Shown here piece after piece: positions 63,997-64,000 of a stretch of DNA of 64,000 nt (position 1 is the stretch's first letter; every line of letters begins with the position of its first letter). The notes under the pieces are model-generated. The model was not told the origin of the DNA and searched no databases. It was given only the letters and a program-made list of their open reading frames with translations. A program made the position numbers and the translations under genes. Source of the stretch: Candidatus Binatia bacterium (GTDB taxonomy: Bacteria > Desulfobacterota > Binatia > Bin18); the NCBI GenBank assembly GCA_963666315.2, contig CAXXHG010000008.1, forward strand, positions 142,969 to 206,968, written 5' to 3'.

Positions 63997-64000
63997 GGCA

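Noticed and set aside
1-64000. Classical integron or CRISPR explanation for the repeats
   Set aside because: No tyrosine integrase, attC-like sites, cas genes or regularly spaced short repeats were seen.

Overview
A GC-rich bacterial accessory region with no rRNA, tRNA or CRISPR. The gene content resembles Candidatus Binatia / Tectomicrobia-type organisms, which is an inference. It is a dense and partly decaying array of oxidative and catabolic genes: Rieske dioxygenase subunits, a NahC-like extradiol dioxygenase, a PhdG-like aldolase, HpaB and HsaA-like flavin monooxygenases, about 7 luciferase-like monooxygenases, BVMOs, TfdA, amidases and amidohydrolases, an epoxide hydrolase and an aldoxime dehydratase. 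It also carries IS256 and IS6 remnants and REP-containing MITEs. The main unexplained structure is nine broken copies of one class III cyclase-AAA(STAND)-TPR gene interleaved with the catabolic genes. Several copies keep only a conserved ~40-bp upstream motif and/or the conserved 3' tail, giving a [repeat]-cargo-[repeat] array. Other notable items are frameshifts at heptamer-repeat linkers in these genes, a duplicated promoter/operator in front of two Rieske genes, a pair of dif-like 62-bp direct repeats 11.8 kb apart, and a DGR-target-like CLec/FGE C-terminus with a downstream hairpin.
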